The notes beneath the pieces are model-generated. The model worked only from the letters and a program-made list of their open reading frames with translations. It searched no databases and was not told the origin of the DNA. From Verrucomicrobiia bacterium (GTDB lineage: Bacteria > Verrucomicrobiota > Verrucomicrobiia > Chthoniobacterales > UBA6821): DNA of 64,000 nucleotides. The position numbers and the translations under genes are program-made. The DNA lies in NCBI GenBank assembly GCA_040380225.1, contig JBEIJN010000001.1, positions 50,345 to 114,344 of the forward strand, read 5' to 3'. The first letter of the stretch is position 1; each line of letters begins with the position of its first letter. Positions 37,560 to 46,597 of the stretch are shown here, piece by piece.

Positions 37560-38369
37560 ATGACCAGCCCCCACGAGCCGAAAATTTACCTTTTGCCGAA
37601 CCTGATGACGGCGGGGAATCTCTTCTGCGGTTTTGCTGCCGTGCTGAAGATCATCGAGGGGGCCCTGCTCAACAACGGCGGGGAATCGGCGATCCATTCC
37701 TACCACACCGCCTTGGCCTTCATTCTCGGTGCCTGCGTTTTTGATCTGCTCGACGGCCGCGTGGCCCGTCTCGGCGGGTACGAGAGCCCCTTCGGGCGGG
37801 AATTCGACTCGCTGGCCGATGTGGTTTCCTTCGGACTGGCTCCGGCCCTCATGGTCTGGCAGATCGTTCTTCAGGATTTTCACAAGACCGGCTGGGTCAT
37901 CGCCTTCGTCTACCTCCTCTGCGGCACCCTCCGCCTCGCCCGCTTCAACTGCATCGCTGCTTCCTCCACCGATGCCCATGAGGCCAAGGAGCACTCCAAG
38001 GAATTCGTCGGATTCCCCATCCCCGCAGCCGCCGGTCTGATTGCCTCGCTGACGCTGTTCATGCTCTGGCTCGAGGAAGGTGAGCGCACGATCGGCCGCT
38101 GGAAGTTCGCCCTGCCCGCGCTTCTGCTCTTCCTCTCCTTCATGATGTTCAGCAAGGTGCGCTACCCCAGTTTCAAGGGGCTGAACATGCGCACGCAGCG
38201 CTCCCTGCCGCGTTTCCTGCTGATCATCGTGGTACTGGCCTTTGCCGGGCTGAACTACGAGTGGATGCCCGCCGTTCTCTTTGTCCTCTTCCTGACTTAC
38301 GGATTCATACGGCCTCTTCTCTCCAGGCCATTGCGCCAGGGGATCGAGGATGAGGAGCACAAGGAATAG
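37560..38369 (+). CDS. pssA: CDP-diacylglycerol--serine O-phosphatidyltransferase
   Basis: CDP-alcohol phosphatidyltransferase motif DLLDGRVAR...FDSLADVV; 269 aa; between psd and pgsA. Confidence 0.85.
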   Translation: MTSPHEPKIYLLPNLMTAGNLFCGFAAVLKIIEGALLNNGGESAIHSYHTALAFILGACVFDLLDGRVARLGGYESPFGREFDSLADVVSFGLAPALMVWQIVLQDFHKTGWVIAFVYLLCGTLRLARFNCIAASSTDAHEAKEHSKEFVGFPIPAAAGLIASLTLFMLWLEEGERTIGRWKFALPALLLFLSFMMFSKVRYPSFKGLNMRTQRSLPRFLLIIVVLAFAGLNYEWMPAVLFVLFLTYGFIRPLLSRPLRQGIEDEEHKE

Positions 38370-38952
38370 CGTTGCCGTGAATCTTCCAAACAAACTCACG
38401 CTCGGTAGGCTGGTTCTGACGGCATTCTTCGTCGCCTTCCTTTCCAGCAGCACCCACTGGGGCGATGCGGTCGCACTACTGCTCTTTGTGATCGCCTCGG
38501 CGACCGACTGGCTCGACGGTTATCTGGCGCGGAAGCTTAACCAGATGACCAATTTCGGGAAGCTCATGGATCCCCTTGCCGACAAGGTGCTGGTGGCCTC
38601 GGCGTTGGTCTGCCTCATTCCCTCGAAGGAGCATCATGTCGGCATCCCCGCCTGGGCCGTCATCATCATCATCACGAGGGAATTTCTCATCACGGGTCTC
38701 CGTCAACTCGCCGCCGGCCAGGGGGTGATTCTTCCGGCCGATCATCTCGGCAAGCACAAGACCGCCTGGCAGATCATCACGATCCTCTTCTTCCTGACAC
38801 TGCTGGCCGCGGGCGACTACTTCGGCGACGAATCCCGATGGCTCCTCTTCCTGGGCCTGAAAGTGGGATCCGTCCTGATCGGCATCACGGTCTTTCTGAC
38901 GATCTACTCGGGTCTGGCTTATCTCTGGAAGAACCGGAGCCTGTTGAAGTAG
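38350..38952 (+). CDS. pgsA: CDP-diacylglycerol--glycerol-3-phosphate 3-phosphatidyltransferase
   Basis: DWLDGYLARK...GKLMDPLADK CDP-alcohol motif; 200 aa. Confidence 0.85.
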   Translation: MRSTRNSVAVNLPNKLTLGRLVLTAFFVAFLSSSTHWGDAVALLLFVIASATDWLDGYLARKLNQMTNFGKLMDPLADKVLVASALVCLIPSKEHHVGIPAWAVIIIITREFLITGLRQLAAGQGVILPADHLGKHKTAWQIITILFFLTLLAAGDYFGDESRWLLFLGLKVGSVLIGITVFLTIYSGLAYLWKNRSLLK

Positions 38953-39052
38953 GGGTACCTGCCGGCAGAGAACTCGGTTGCCAATCCCCCTCCGCGGGAG
39001 ATAGGGTCTTCGACTGTTTCAAGATCAAATACCACCCTGATTTCCACCAATT

Positions 39053-40513
39053 ATGAGCACCAACCAAAGTGATATCGGCCTCATCGGCCTCGCCGTCATG
39101 GGCGAGAACCTCGTCCTCAACATGGAGAGCAAGGGCTTCTCCGTCAGTGTGTTCAACCGCACCTACGCGGTGACCGAGAAGTTCGCGGAAGGCCGTGCCA
39201 AGGGTAAGAAGATCCACGCCGCCAAGACCCTTGAGGAATTCGTCGGCTCCCTCGCCCGCCCCCGCAAGGCCATGATCATGGTGAAGGCCGGCGCCCCCGT
39301 GGATGCCGTCATCGAGCAGTTGGTGCCGCTTCTCGAGAAGGGTGACATCATCATCGACGGTGGCAACAGCCTCTGGACCGACACCCAGCGCCGTGAAAAG
39401 TCCCTCAAGGAAAAGGGACTTCACTACGTCGGTGCCGGCGTCTCCGGCGGCGAGGAGGGCGCGCTCAACGGCCCCTCGATCATGCCCGGCGGCTCCGAGG
39501 AGTCCTGGAAGTCGGTCGGTCCGATCTTCCGCAAGATCGCCGCGAACGTGGAGGGGGAACCCTGCTGCCGCCACATGGGCCCCGATGGTGCCGGCCATTA
39601 CGTCAAGATGGTCCACAACGGCATCGAGTACGGCGACATGCAGCTCATCTGCGAGGCCTATGCCATCCTGAAGGCCGCCATCAACCCGACCGCCGAGGAG
39701 TTTCACCGGATCTTTGCCGAGTGGAACAAGGGCGAGCTCAACAGCTACCTCATCGACATCACCGAGCAGATCTTCACCAAGAAGGACGAGGAGACCGGCA
39801 AGCCTCTCGTCGATCTCATCCTCGACAAGGCAGGCCAGAAGGGAACCGGCAAGTGGACCGTCGGCAACGCCGTCGAACACGGCGTCGTGCTCTCAACCGT
39901 CAATGCCGCTGTCGAGGCCCGCATCCTTTCCTCGATGAAGGCCAAGCGCGTCACCGCGAGCGGCATCCTCCCCGGATGGACCGCACCCGCCTTCACCGGC
40001 GACCGCGCCCAGTTCATCAACGATGTCCGCGACGCCCTCTATGCCAGCAAGATCGTCAGCTACGCGCAGGGTCTCGACCTGCTTGGAACCGCGAGCAAGT
40101 TCTACGGCTGGAACCTGAACTTCGGTGACATCGCCACCATCTGGCGCGGCGGCTGCATCATCCGTGCAGCCTTCCTGAACCGGATCAAGGAGGCCTACGA
40201 GGCCAATCCGAACCTTGAGAACCTCATGCTCGCCCCGTTCTTCACCGAGGTGTTCGCCAAGTCGCAGGCCGGTTGGCGCCGTGCCATCGCCGCCGCCGTC
40301 GAGCGCGGCGTGGCCGCCCCCGCCTTCACCGCCAGCCTCGGCTACTACGACAGCTACCGCAGCGCGGTCCTTCCGGCCAACCTCCTACAGGCCCAGCGGG
40401 ACTTCTTCGGCGCCCACACCTACGAGCGCGTCGACAAGCCCGAGGGTGAGTTCTTCCACACGAACTGGACCGGTCACGGCGGAACCACCGCCTCGACCAC
40501 CTACACCGCGTAG
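39053..40513 (+). CDS. gnd: NADP-dependent 6-phosphogluconate dehydrogenase (long, decarboxylating)
   Basis: [37 protein letters not shown], full 486-aa architecture. Confidence 0.95.
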   Translation: MSTNQSDIGLIGLAVMGENLVLNMESKGFSVSVFNRTYAVTEKFAEGRAKGKKIHAAKTLEEFVGSLARPRKAMIMVKAGAPVDAVIEQLVPLLEKGDIIIDGGNSLWTDTQRREKSLKEKGLHYVGAGVSGGEEGALNGPSIMPGGSEESWKSVGPIFRKIAANVEGEPCCRHMGPDGAGHYVKMVHNGIEYGDMQLICEAYAILKAAINPTAEEFHRIFAEWNKGELNSYLIDITEQIFTKKDEETGKPLVDLILDKAGQKGTGKWTVGNAVEHGVVLSTVNAAVEARILSSMKAKRVTASGILPGWTAPAFTGDRAQFINDVRDALYASKIVSYAQGLDLLGTASKFYGWNLNFGDIATIWRGGCIIRAAFLNRIKEAYEANPNLENLMLAPFFTEVFAKSQAGWRRAIAAAVERGVAAPAFTASLGYYDSYRSAVLPANLLQAQRDFFGAHTYERVDKPEGEFFHTNWTGHGGTTASTTYTA

Positions 40514-40560
40514 GCGACCCGGAACCGCCTGCACCATCGGGCGGATCAACAAATCACAAA

Positions 40561-40590
40561 GGGGTCGGCGAAAGCCGGCCCCTTTCTTCT
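40561..40590 (+). terminator. rho-independent terminator after gnd
   Basis: GGGGTCGGC-GAAA-GCCGGCCCC followed by TTTCTTCT. Confidence 0.8.
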
Positions 40591-40991
40591 GTAGGCATAT
40601 TTTGGGAATCCACGCTGTTTCAAGGGGGTAAGGGGGTAGACAGAAAAAAATAATCAGGAAATCAGGAACTCAGGAAACGAACCCGAGCGGCAAGATTTTT
40701 GCCGCCTAAAACAATCCGAGGCTGAGGGGTACAGAGACTGGTTAGGAAAAGAATCAGTGTGATCGTTTCCGGCGCTTTGGTTTTCTGGGTCTAATGCCCT
40801 CTCCACAACTTCCTGATTTCCAGATTAAAAACATCCCCTTCGCCTCCCATTTCACCTCTCGTAAGAAAGGGGCTCTGTGGTGATAGTTGAGGATCTTTGC
40901 TGATTCCCTCCATTCAAAATAGCGAAGAGCCATTTTTGTAAGGGGCATTTCCCCTTGCCCCGACCACGTCATGGCCTAGGGTTAAGTGCTG

Positions 40992-41957
40992 ATGGATTTT
41001 CTCCGCCGAACCCTGCTTGCCGGCCTCGTGGTGCTGATGCCCGCGATGGCTCAGGCTTCCCTGTACCAGGATCTCAGGAGCAAGATCTCCGGGGATTCCG
41101 GAGCCATGTCCTCTGCTGATTTCGAGCGGATGGCGATGCAGATCAGGGAGCGGGCGATCCAGCAGACTCGTCCACCTGCCGTGACCGTCCCGACAGCACC
41201 TGTCGTGGGATTCGGAAAATATCCTTGGCACCGCAACATCATGACGACGGTCTTCTGGATCGGGGAGAGGCCGACGGCTAGGAATCCCGTTCCCAATAAC
41301 CGCAGCGCCTGGGACGCCAACTGGGCTCGCAACTACGGCGGCTATGACAATCCCGACCCGAGATACAGGGATCCAAGAACCTTTGCCCCACGCGGATTCG
41401 TCCCCCGGCAGAATCCCTTCTATATCGCCCTGCCCTACTGCGACGTATCCCGAGGCAACACCAAGCCGGAGGCCAAGAGTGTCATCCCTTGGTTCCGCGA
41501 CTGCTACGAGAAGCCCGGAAAGACCGTTCTCAAGGGACGATGGATCGCCATCCACCACGGCGGGAAGACAGCCTTCGCCCAGTGGGAGGATTGCGGTCCC
41601 TTCCGTACCGATCACTGGCAGTATGTCTTTGGCAACGAGAGGCCCCGTCCCAACCTGAACCGGGGTGCCGGTCTCGACATCTCCCCCTCCGTCCGCGACT
41701 ACCTCGGCATGGGCAAGAACGACCTGTGTGACTGGAAGTTCGTGGAGGCCAACAGCGTGCCCGATGGTCCTTGGAAAAACTTCGGTGACAACAATACCTT
41801 TGCCCTGAAACGTAAGGGGGCGAATCTCTACCAGTACGACCGCAACAATGCCAGGAACGGTTCCACGATCAACGCAGCGATCCGTCCCAGCACCTCCTCC
41901 GTTCCCCTTAATGGTTCCTCCGCAGGGGTGAGGGCCTCACCGTCAGTCGGTTTTTAG
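40992..41957 (+). CDS. secreted protein of unknown function
   Basis: Signal peptide ending AMAQA; conserved-looking TVFWIGE...NPFYIALPYCD...GAGLDISP core; no family assigned. Confidence 0.6.
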   Translation: MDFLRRTLLAGLVVLMPAMAQASLYQDLRSKISGDSGAMSSADFERMAMQIRERAIQQTRPPAVTVPTAPVVGFGKYPWHRNIMTTVFWIGERPTARNPVPNNRSAWDANWARNYGGYDNPDPRYRDPRTFAPRGFVPRQNPFYIALPYCDVSRGNTKPEAKSVIPWFRDCYEKPGKTVLKGRWIAIHHGGKTAFAQWEDCGPFRTDHWQYVFGNERPRPNLNRGAGLDISPSVRDYLGMGKNDLCDWKFVEANSVPDGPWKNFGDNNTFALKRKGANLYQYDRNNARNGSTINAAIRPSTSSVPLNGSSAGVRASPSVGF

Positions 41958-41995
41958 TAGAAAGAAGGCTGATGGAAAATGGGGCCGAGAGGGAT

Positions 41996-42016
41996 GAAAC
42001 TTGAAACTTGAAACCT
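41996..42016. repeat. tandem heptamers GAAACTT x2, GAAACCT
   Basis: Read directly in the convergent spacer. Confidence 0.9.
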
Positions 42017-42060
42017 GAAGGGAAGGTCGAAGGCGCCGATGCGCCGTGGGCGCAGGAGTT

Positions 42061-42102
42061 GGGAGCTGGGAGCTGGGAAATGGGAAATGGGAAATGGGAA
42101 AT
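42061..42102. repeat. tandem heptamers (GGGAGCT)x2 (GGGAAAT)x4
   Basis: Read directly in the convergent spacer. Confidence 0.95.
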
Positions 42103-42171
42103 GGGGAGCCGAGGTGATCCTGCCGATCAGAACTTTCGCTCCAACGGGGCGAGCCCTTTGGGGGCGGCCCT

Positions 42172-43782
42172 TCAGCCTTCAGTCGTCAGCCTTATCCCTG
42201 CGTTTTTACGCAGGAATGCGACCGTCACGAAGAGCACTTCCAAGGCTACGAAGGCGGCCACGAGGGGGAATCCTCCCGTGCCGAATCCGTAACTATGGAG
42301 TCCCGCGCCCAGGACGAAGTTCACACCATACCAGGCCATCAGCACACCCAGGAAGGCGAGCACCGAGCCGACGGCCAGACCGAACCCACCCCATAATCCG
42401 CTGAGGCGTCCGTGGAGCAGGAAGAGATAGCCGATCAGGGCGATCAGGGCCCAGGTTTCCTTGGGATCCCAGTCCCAGAAGCGACCCCAGGAGTAGTTGG
42501 CCCAGACTCCGCCGAGAATCGTGCCAGCCGCGAGGAGAAGGACACCGACCTGAAGGGTCTTGTAGAGGTAAGTGTAGAGTCTCTCCGAGGGATCCCTTCC
42601 CGCGATGATGCGTCCGAGGATGACATGGGCCACTCCGAGTGCCAGGGCAAAGGCGGCGTAGCTCAGCGTGATCGAGAGGACATGGGTGGTGAGCCAGAAA
42701 TTGTCACGCAGGACAGGGGTGAGGGGATGGATCGAGCGATCAAGGATCATCGGCTGGCTATCGGCCAGGATCAGCGAGGCCACGGCGACGGGAATCGCCC
42801 CGAGCAGGAAGGTTCCGGCGCGGTAAATGGCCTCGAAGATCAGGGCGAAGAGGATGGTTCCGAAGGCCACCCAGATCACCGACTCGTACATGTTGGTGAC
42901 CGGGGGACGTCCGGCGATCAGCACGCGGGAGAGGAGACCCGCCGCCTGCAGCAGGAACCCGCTGCCGGCAAGCACCCAGGCCAGCTGATAGGCGCGTTTT
43001 TCCCAGCTTCCCCGGGAGACCAGCAGGAGGATGCCGGCGGCGGCGTAAAGGATCCAGGCCCAGCGGAAGGGGTGGGCTTTCTGGTAGGCAACCTCAAGGC
43101 TGATCCTCCACGAGGCGGGTGATGCCCCGGTTTGGGTCACCAGTCCGGTGAATTCCTGCACGGTCCGGTCGAATCGTTGGCGGGAGTTCTCCGACCATGC
43201 GTCGCGCAGGGCTCTGAGCGGCATCTCGTCGCCCGAGGGGGCCTGCCAGTCGGTGCCGGAGAGGGGAGGGATGACGCGGAAGGAGCCTCCCGCCAGCAGG
43301 CTCTCGAGGAGTCCCATCCGGAGTCCCACGTCGGAGGCCTCTTTCTGCAGGCCGACCAGCTTGGCACGGGGATCGCGACGGCGGGTCTCGGCGGCCTCGG
43401 CAATCTCCCTGCCCAACTCCGCGTTGCCGGCGAGTTCATTCCAGCTGAAGAGTTTGCGGCCGGTCTCCAGTCCGAGTTGCTGTTTGAGCGGCCTGTTGGA
43501 GACGAGGATCAACTCCCTGCCCTTCCAGTCGGCGGAGGGATCCATCCAGATCGAGGTGATAACTCCCATCGCATCCATCCGGCCACCATCCTGACCCAGC
43601 CGGGTCTTTCCGGAGAGCGATCGCAGCGTCTCCTCCGCAAAGACGAGATATGGTTTTCTGCGCCCTCCCTCCTGGATCACCATCGTCTCGAGGGCCGCCG
43701 GCGAAACCGAAGCCCACGCCGATGGGAGCAGGATCACCCAAAGAAGCAGCGGAAGCAGGGAGGAGAGGGTGCGGTTTGTCAT
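42172..43782 (-). CDS. ccsA: cytochrome c biogenesis protein CcsA/ResC with large N-terminal periplasmic extension
   Basis: WGRFWDWDPKETWAL tryptophan-rich WWD motif; ATG 43782 overlaps the ResB stop (ATGA). Confidence 0.85.
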   Translation of the reverse strand: MTNRTLSSLLPLLLWVILLPSAWASVSPAALETMVIQEGGRRKPYLVFAEETLRSLSGKTRLGQDGGRMDAMGVITSIWMDPSADWKGRELILVSNRPLKQQLGLETGRKLFSWNELAGNAELGREIAEAAETRRRDPRAKLVGLQKEASDVGLRMGLLESLLAGGSFRVIPPLSGTDWQAPSGDEMPLRALRDAWSENSRQRFDRTVQEFTGLVTQTGASPASWRISLEVAYQKAHPFRWAWILYAAAGILLLVSRGSWEKRAYQLAWVLAGSGFLLQAAGLLSRVLIAGRPPVTNMYESVIWVAFGTILFALIFEAIYRAGTFLLGAIPVAVASLILADSQPMILDRSIHPLTPVLRDNFWLTTHVLSITLSYAAFALALGVAHVILGRIIAGRDPSERLYTYLYKTLQVGVLLLAAGTILGGVWANYSWGRFWDWDPKETWALIALIGYLFLLHGRLSGLWGGFGLAVGSVLAFLGVLMAWYGVNFVLGAGLHSYGFGTGGFPLVAAFVALEVLFVTVAFLRKNAGIRLTTEG

Positions 43783-45281
43783 GCGCGTGGACGGAGATAG
43801 AACATCATGAAAATCCCTAGGCAGATGGCGAGCGAGCCCGTCCATTTGAGGAACCAACCAGGATCATAGAGAACCTGGAGGGTGGTCTCCTTGAGATCCT
43901 GAGGATTCCACTCCGCTTGGGAGAACTTGTAGTTGAACCCCGTGATGTTGGCGAGGATCCCCCCGGGGTAGGAGGCGGGATGGTTCATCCGGATCTGCCC
44001 CTCCTTCTCCTGACCGGTCTTCAGGTTTTTAAAGAGAACGGAAGCCCTGAAATCGGAGGGGGTTTCCGTCCCCTCGTCGCGCGGAATCCGGAAGTCGGTC
44101 AGCGCAATGGAGAAGGGGATCGGCTTGAGTTCCAGACCGTAGCCCAGGCGGACCAGATCGTTCCCGATGGTCAGGGGGACCACTTCGCCCGAGGCGACCC
44201 ATGCGGAGGCACCTTTCGTTCCATCCGGGCTCATCAAGCAGGCATGGAATCCCGGGACGCCCCCTTCCTGAGCGGGTTTGGGGCTGGTCACGATCGTTTT
44301 CCCCGGGGCGATTTCCAGAAGTTGGAGGCGCCAGTCGGCCCATCCCAGGGGGAGTTCCTCCCCTGATTTCAGGACGCCGGATGATGTCACGGTGACGCCT
44401 CTTCCGATGCGGTAGAGCATGGTTCCGGGTTCCTTTCCGGGAAGCAGGTGGAGCCATGGTTTTTTCCCCGCCGGATCACGGGATGTCGGGGTGGCTTCCT
44501 CCGCGGAGAAGGTGATATCGGCGCGGCCGAAGAACTCATGGCTGCGAGGGGAACCTTCCCCCGTGCCAAGGGCCACGCGGAGCGACTGGCGCATCATGCC
44601 GCTGGAGAATCCGAGGAGCACCGAGGTGCCCGCACCGCGGCCATTCCCCGGAGCAAGCCGTGGTTCAGGAACGAGATGCTCGGAGACGGCATCGATCCTG
44701 ATCTGGAGAGCCGTTCCGGGGACGGGGAGGAGCTTCGGCAAGTTCTCCGTGACATGAAGGAACCGGGTGTCGAGCGGGAGAAGATAGAGATAACTGTCGG
44801 CGGGACTTTCCACCTGAAGGCTGCTCCGGTCAGTGATGATCTTGCGCTGGGGCTGGCCGTCGGTGCGGAGCGTGACGTTTCCCTCGAAGCCGAATTTGGA
44901 ACCGATGACCGCCCCGATCAGCAGCAGGATGATGCCGTAGTGGGTGATGATGAATCCGGTGTGCTTTTTCTGCCAGGGCCAGCGGGTGAGCGTGACGGCG
45001 AAGAGGTTCACGCAGAGGAGTCCCAGCCAGGCGATGAACCACGGGGCCTTGTAGATCCATGCACGCGCCACCGCGGCATCGAAACGCGACTCCGTGAAGG
45101 TGGCCGCGGCACAGGCGATGGCGATCGTCGCAAGAAGGAGCAGCGCCAGCTTCAACGAGCCGAGCAGATGGATCAGTCGCCACACAGGAGAGCGCCTTTG
45201 GCGCTCCGCGATCATGCCCGCCCGTGAAAGCGGGCGCTTGCTCATAGAGGCAGTAGTGCCATTGGTGCCATCTGCGGACAT
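43779..45281 (-). CDS. cytochrome c biogenesis protein ResB/Ccs1
   Basis: N-terminal TM LGSLKLALLLLATIAIA, large periplasmic domain, C-terminal TM; start uncertain (45281, 45245 or TTG 45317). Confidence 0.8.
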   Translation of the reverse strand: MSADGTNGTTASMSKRPLSRAGMIAERQRRSPVWRLIHLLGSLKLALLLLATIAIACAAATFTESRFDAAVARAWIYKAPWFIAWLGLLCVNLFAVTLTRWPWQKKHTGFIITHYGIILLLIGAVIGSKFGFEGNVTLRTDGQPQRKIITDRSSLQVESPADSYLYLLPLDTRFLHVTENLPKLLPVPGTALQIRIDAVSEHLVPEPRLAPGNGRGAGTSVLLGFSSGMMRQSLRVALGTGEGSPRSHEFFGRADITFSAEEATPTSRDPAGKKPWLHLLPGKEPGTMLYRIGRGVTVTSSGVLKSGEELPLGWADWRLQLLEIAPGKTIVTSPKPAQEGGVPGFHACLMSPDGTKGASAWVASGEVVPLTIGNDLVRLGYGLELKPIPFSIALTDFRIPRDEGTETPSDFRASVLFKNLKTGQEKEGQIRMNHPASYPGGILANITGFNYKFSQAEWNPQDLKETTLQVLYDPGWFLKWTGSLAICLGIFMMFYLRPRA

Positions 45282-45421
45282 CTCGAAGAGCTTAGGGAGT
45301 ACAAAGGGTGCTGACAACCCGCCGCCCTTTGAATTTTAAGGCTCCCCGCTATTTTGAGTGGGTTCTCAGAGGTGATAGCCACAGAACCCTTCCTCTTAAG
45401 GAAGAACAGAGAAGATATTGA

Positions 45422-45678
45422 ATATGGAACTCAGGAACTCAGGAATGAATGGTGAGAGATTGAGTAAATTTAGTAGGTTGAAGGATGGAACTGCTTGATA
45501 AAGCAGGCTTTAGTGGCATACCGGCCCTCCAATCTGCGGGCGGTTCCCTCCGTCCTGATACCTGCCGATCTATCACAGACCCGGTATTCCTAATCCTCGG
45601 GTTTTCCGCAGTTGATTCCTCGTTGGTTAGGCACCCGCCTTTTTCAGCCTCTTTTTCCTGAGTTCTTGAGTTCCATAT
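45422..45678. repeat. inverted pair ATATGGAACTCAGGAACTCAGGAA / CCTGAGTTCTTGAGTTCCATAT flanking about 210 nt
   Basis: Read directly in the divergent spacer. Confidence 0.85.
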
Positions 45679-45731
45679 TTTTTACTTCTTTCTTCACTTC
45701 ACCCACTTCAAACAGCGAGGAGGCAATTTTT

Positions 45732-45856
45732 ATATGGAACTCAGATGCAACGGCTGCAAAGCAACGGCCAGGCAAGCCATCGCATGAATGTGTTTGCCAA
45801 CTGCTTCTTCCCCAGTAGAAGAGCCCCGATTTCCGGGTTACGGCTGAGTTCCATAT
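45732..45856. repeat. second inverted pair ATATGGAACTCAG / CTGAGTTCCATAT flanking about 100 nt
   Basis: Exact 13-mer and its reverse complement. Confidence 0.9.
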
Positions 45857-45880
45857 TTCCCCCGGATTTTTTACTTCTTC

Positions 45881-46597
45881 ATGATGCCTATTAACTTCCA
45901 GAATCACCCCATGGACCAGCAACTCCAGATCCTTATCAACCGGGAATGGACAGCACCATGGGCCGACCGGCTCTTTGCCTTTGTCGCCGATTTCGGGGCC
46001 TGGGCTCCATGGCTTCTACTCCTTCTTGTGCTGGGGCTGGTTTTCGGAAACTTCCGCTTCCGTGCGGCCATGCTTGCCGCAGGACTTGCAGTCGGTCTGA
46101 GTGATGGCGTCGGGGTGAATCTGCTGAAGCATGCCGTCGGCCGTCCCCGGCCAAGCCAGGTGGAACCGGGTGTCCGCGTTGTCAGGCTGGGGAAGGCGCC
46201 CGCCGGGTTGCCCAAGATCGCCGGTGTCGTCTCCGAACCGCCCGTGACCTTCCCCAACGGCATCGAGCCGCCCGAGGTTCCCGGAATGCTGACCGGGGAG
46301 ATGCCTGCAAACGGCCGATCCTTCCCCTCGGGTCATGCCGCCAACAACATGGCGGTCGCGACCGTGCTGCTGCTCTTTTTTCCCCGCCGGGGATGGCTCT
46401 ATCTGCCGGTGGCTCTCCTGATCGCCTACTCGCGCATCTACACGGGCTCGCACTGGCCCCTTGATGTGGTGGCGGGAATGCTTCTCGGAATTGCCGGAGG
46501 ATGGATCGCCACCCGTCTGCTGCAGTTCCTCTGGCGTCGCCTCGGGCCTGTTCTCCTGCCCCGTCTTGCCGAGGCTCATCCCGAACTCATTCCATGA
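45881..46597 (+). CDS. PAP2 family membrane phosphatase
   Basis: KxxxxxxRP-like GRPRP, PSGHAAN, SRIYTGSHWPLD motifs. Confidence 0.8.
   Translation: MMPINFQNHPMDQQLQILINREWTAPWADRLFAFVADFGAWAPWLLLLLVLGLVFGNFRFRAAMLAAGLAVGLSDGVGVNLLKHAVGRPRPSQVEPGVRVVRLGKAPAGLPKIAGVVSEPPVTFPNGIEPPEVPGMLTGEMPANGRSFPSGHAANNMAVATVLLLFFPRRGWLYLPVALLIAYSRIYTGSHWPLDVVAGMLLGIAGGWIATRLLQFLWRRLGPVLLPRLAEAHPELIP

Noticed and set aside
42061-42102. Possible CRISPR array or other spaced repeats among the short tandem repeats
   Set aside because: The units are 7-8 nt and directly tandem with no spacers. No 24-48 nt repeat/spacer periodicity and no cas genes occur anywhere in the window.
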